64,000 nucleotides of DNA from contig NC_042999.1 of assembly GCF_006345805.1 (NCBI RefSeq), positions 144,770,001-144,834,000 on the forward strand, written 5' to 3'. Positions 40,760 through 64,000 of the stretch are shown here, in pieces; the first letter of the stretch is position 1; every line of letters starts with the position of its first letter. The translations under genes and the position numbers were made by a program. Under the pieces are notes generated by a model that was not told the origin of the DNA, ran no database searches, and worked only from the letters and a program-made list of their open reading frames with translations. Origin of the DNA: Octopus sinensis. Lineage: Eukaryota.

Positions 40760-40949
40760 ATAAATCTCAATCAAAATCTCATATGTGAATGAACATTATG
40801 AGATTTCATGTTTTCAACACATGTATAATACACCAATAAACATACAGGCATGTATTACATTAAACTCCTCCAAATTGTTGGAGATATTGAAAAATTAACT
40901 GGAAAAAATTCGCAGACTTGCTTATTAAAAATGTAGTCACAAAAAAATT

Positions 40950-41360
40950 ACTCTTTTACTCTTTTATTTGTTTCAGTCATTTGACAGTGGTCATGCTGGA
41001 GCACCGCCTTTAGTCGAGCAAATTGACCTCAGAACTTATTCTTTGTAAGCCTAGTACTTATTCTATTGGTCTCTTTTGCCGAACTGCTAAGTTATGGGGA
41101 CGTAACACACCAGCATCGGTTGTCAAGTGATGTTGGGGGGACAAACACAGACACAAACGTATACACACACATATATATATGTATATATACATATATATAT
41201 ATACAACGGGCTTCTTTCAGTTTCCGTCTACCAAATCCACTCACAAGGCTATGGTTGGCCCAAGGCTATAGTAGAAGACACTTGCCCAAGGTGTCACGCA
41301 GTGGGACTGAACCTGGAACCATGTGGTTGGTAAGCAAGCTACTTACCACACAGCCACTCC
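40950..41360 (-). mobile_element. tRNA-derived CORE-type SINE, full length
   Basis: Head GGAGTGGCTGTGTGG (A box) and GGTTCAGTCC (B box), CORE-like accttgggcaagtgtctt, tail tgactgaaacaaataaaagagtaaaag. Confidence 0.85.
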
Positions 41361-42120
41361 CACGCAGCCACTTCTACTCCTATACCACACAGCCATTCCT
41401 ACGCCTATACTACAAAGCCACTCCTACACCTATATATATGTATCGTATGCATATATTTATAGCAAGTATATATATCATTATCATATTTATATTTCTTTTT
41501 ACTAACTATCATTAAGTTTCAGATAAGCAGATATACATGTCTGGCAAAATGCTTAAGCTGTTTAGGAGTTTGCTTTGCAACAATGAGATCTCAGCTTTGA
41601 TCCTACTGTGTGGCCTTTTGGGCAAATGTCATTTCATATAGGTCAATCTGCAGTCATAAATTGTGTCGATGGAAACTCAATAGAAGTGTGTCAGGTGAAT
41701 TGTACCCACATTTCTAAAGGTATATCCTTGTCACACTGATTTCACTTGAGATTACACGTGTCAGTGGAATACTTAGCCACTTATGCATTAATTGAGGAGC
41801 AGGTAATTCAGTGGAGATCAAACAACTGAAACTTCACTGTTGAATGATGGACATACATCATACACACACACACATATATATATATGTAGCTAAGTTTATG
41901 TCATAAAGTGACCAATGATTTTGCATCCACAAAGGCCTTAGCCTCGTGGACGTCTTGTCAGACTCTAAACCCAAAGACAAATGTAACTGTGTTTACTAGC
42001 AATGATAGGAGTTTAACATAATTAACATTAGGATTGAAACCTGAATGGTTTAATTGTAGGGCATCAAGTACATCCAACCATACTTATATATCTATATAAA
42101 TTTTAAATAATGTCTGTTAT

Positions 42121-42446
42121 ACAATTGCAGCATGGAAGGTGTTTGTAAGCCATTCAAGAAACACACAAAAGCCGTTCAATTCACTTCAACATTTAAGTTT
42201 AATTTGTCAAAATATTTTCGTCGCTTTAAGACCGCAACCTGTTCACTGACCAAAATGCAGCATGGATTTTTGTCAGTGAACAGGTTGCGGTCTTAAAGCG
42301 ACGAAAATATTTTGAAAAATTAAACTTAAATGTTGAAGTGAATTGAATGGCTTTTGTGTGTTTCTTGAATGGCTTCGATGCTGCAATTGTTTTCGTTTCA
42401 GCACATGATCTCAGATCAAATCACTTGCTATGCAAGTACATCTCTG
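42121..42446. mobile_element. Penelope-type inverted pseudo-LTR insertion (326 bp) with 13-bp TSD
   Basis: TAATGTCTGTTAT at 42108-42120 and 42447-42459; 104-bp arms 42147-42250 and 42272-42375 differ at 2 positions. Confidence 0.75.
42269..42319 (+). ncRNA. Hammerhead-like motif with G3-C8 swapped core (mirror copy on minus strand 42203-42253)
   Basis: TTTGTCA-GTGAACA-G-GTTGC(9 nt)GCGAC-GAA-AATATT-T-TGA(C/A)AAA. Confidence 0.6.
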
Positions 42447-42988
42447 TAATGTCTGTTATGAAATACTGATATCTTATTTGGACACAAGACCACAAAGTTA
42501 TAGGGAAGTGGGGTGACATTTGATGACATTCAAGTCTTTCTCAACATAACATGAAGTAGATTTGCTTCAGTTGCTAATAAAAACTGGTTGGCAGACACAA
42601 TTCTATGTGATGGGTGGGGGATTACTTTTATTCTACCTCACATAATCATATGTTTTTAACTTTTGTGTTTTTTCACTTTATTATGGGTTAAATAGAATTG
42701 TTTCCTTGATTCATTTTATCTCATTCTACCATTGATCAATTGTTATATCAATCTCACCTTTCTTTAAGTTAATAATTACAAAAAAAAATTTTAAATAGCT
42801 TCTACTTCAAACAAAATAATGGTATCAACATATAGTATAATGTTTTTGCACATAATGACAAAGTTATAAGATGATTAAGTACATTTTCTTCATTTCCATA
42901 ATCTGTGTGAGGTTAAGAATGTCTGATAAATTAAAGATGAGCAAATAAATTTATAGACAAAAAATAGCTACTGATAAGTGAGAGGAGA

Positions 42989-63687
<20,699 letters not shown>

Positions 63688-64000
63688 CTAAGAATAAATA
63701 GAATGCTTTAAGTCAATGAATATGCATAGGCTGTAAGGAAGAATGAAGAAGAGGGGGAAATATACTAAAACAGAGAGAGGAAGATGGCGAGAGCAGAAAA
63801 ATTGTTTCCTTTTAATCAAGACAAAGTCATTCTTAGTGTGCAGCTACAGCAAAGTCAAATGGTTCTCTGAGACAGCCTCTTGAGCTAAAGAAAAAGACTC
63901 TAGGATGTATTTAAACCTTCAAGAAATAGCAACTAAATCTCCTTAAATCACTCCTGTGATCCTAGATGCACTATACTTGAAAGTAAAATGAAATGGTCAC

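Overview
Eukaryotic, AT-rich, repeat-dense genomic DNA. The tRNA-derived SINEs, the RTE-tail elements ending in (GAT)n and the long TA/CA microsatellites suggest an octopod cephalopod (inference from recognised repeat families). The only host gene I can support is on the minus strand: seven GT-AG exons (63687 down to 42989) splice into an intact 299-codon frame encoding most of a class II (plant PRS3/PRS4-like) ribose-phosphate pyrophosphokinase, whose 5' end lies beyond the window. The rest is intergenic or intronic DNA with decayed RTE, CR1/L2-like and HERO-like retroelements, Tc1 (DD34E), maT (DD37D), mariner, Chapaev3-like and Helitron remnants, SINEs and microsatellites. The most unusual signal is RNA-structural: four unrelated repeat families each carry a minimal type I hammerhead-ribozyme fold of the kind associated with Penelope-like elements. 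One has a G3-C8 swapped core (42121-42446, 13-bp TSD), one a U6 core in a ~205-nt terminally redundant monomer (5754-6935), one a canonical core fused behind a tRNA-derived Pol III head (37030-37301), and one a long stem II (56796-56872). Three sit in inverted-repeat arrangements. Ribozyme activity is predicted from sequence only.
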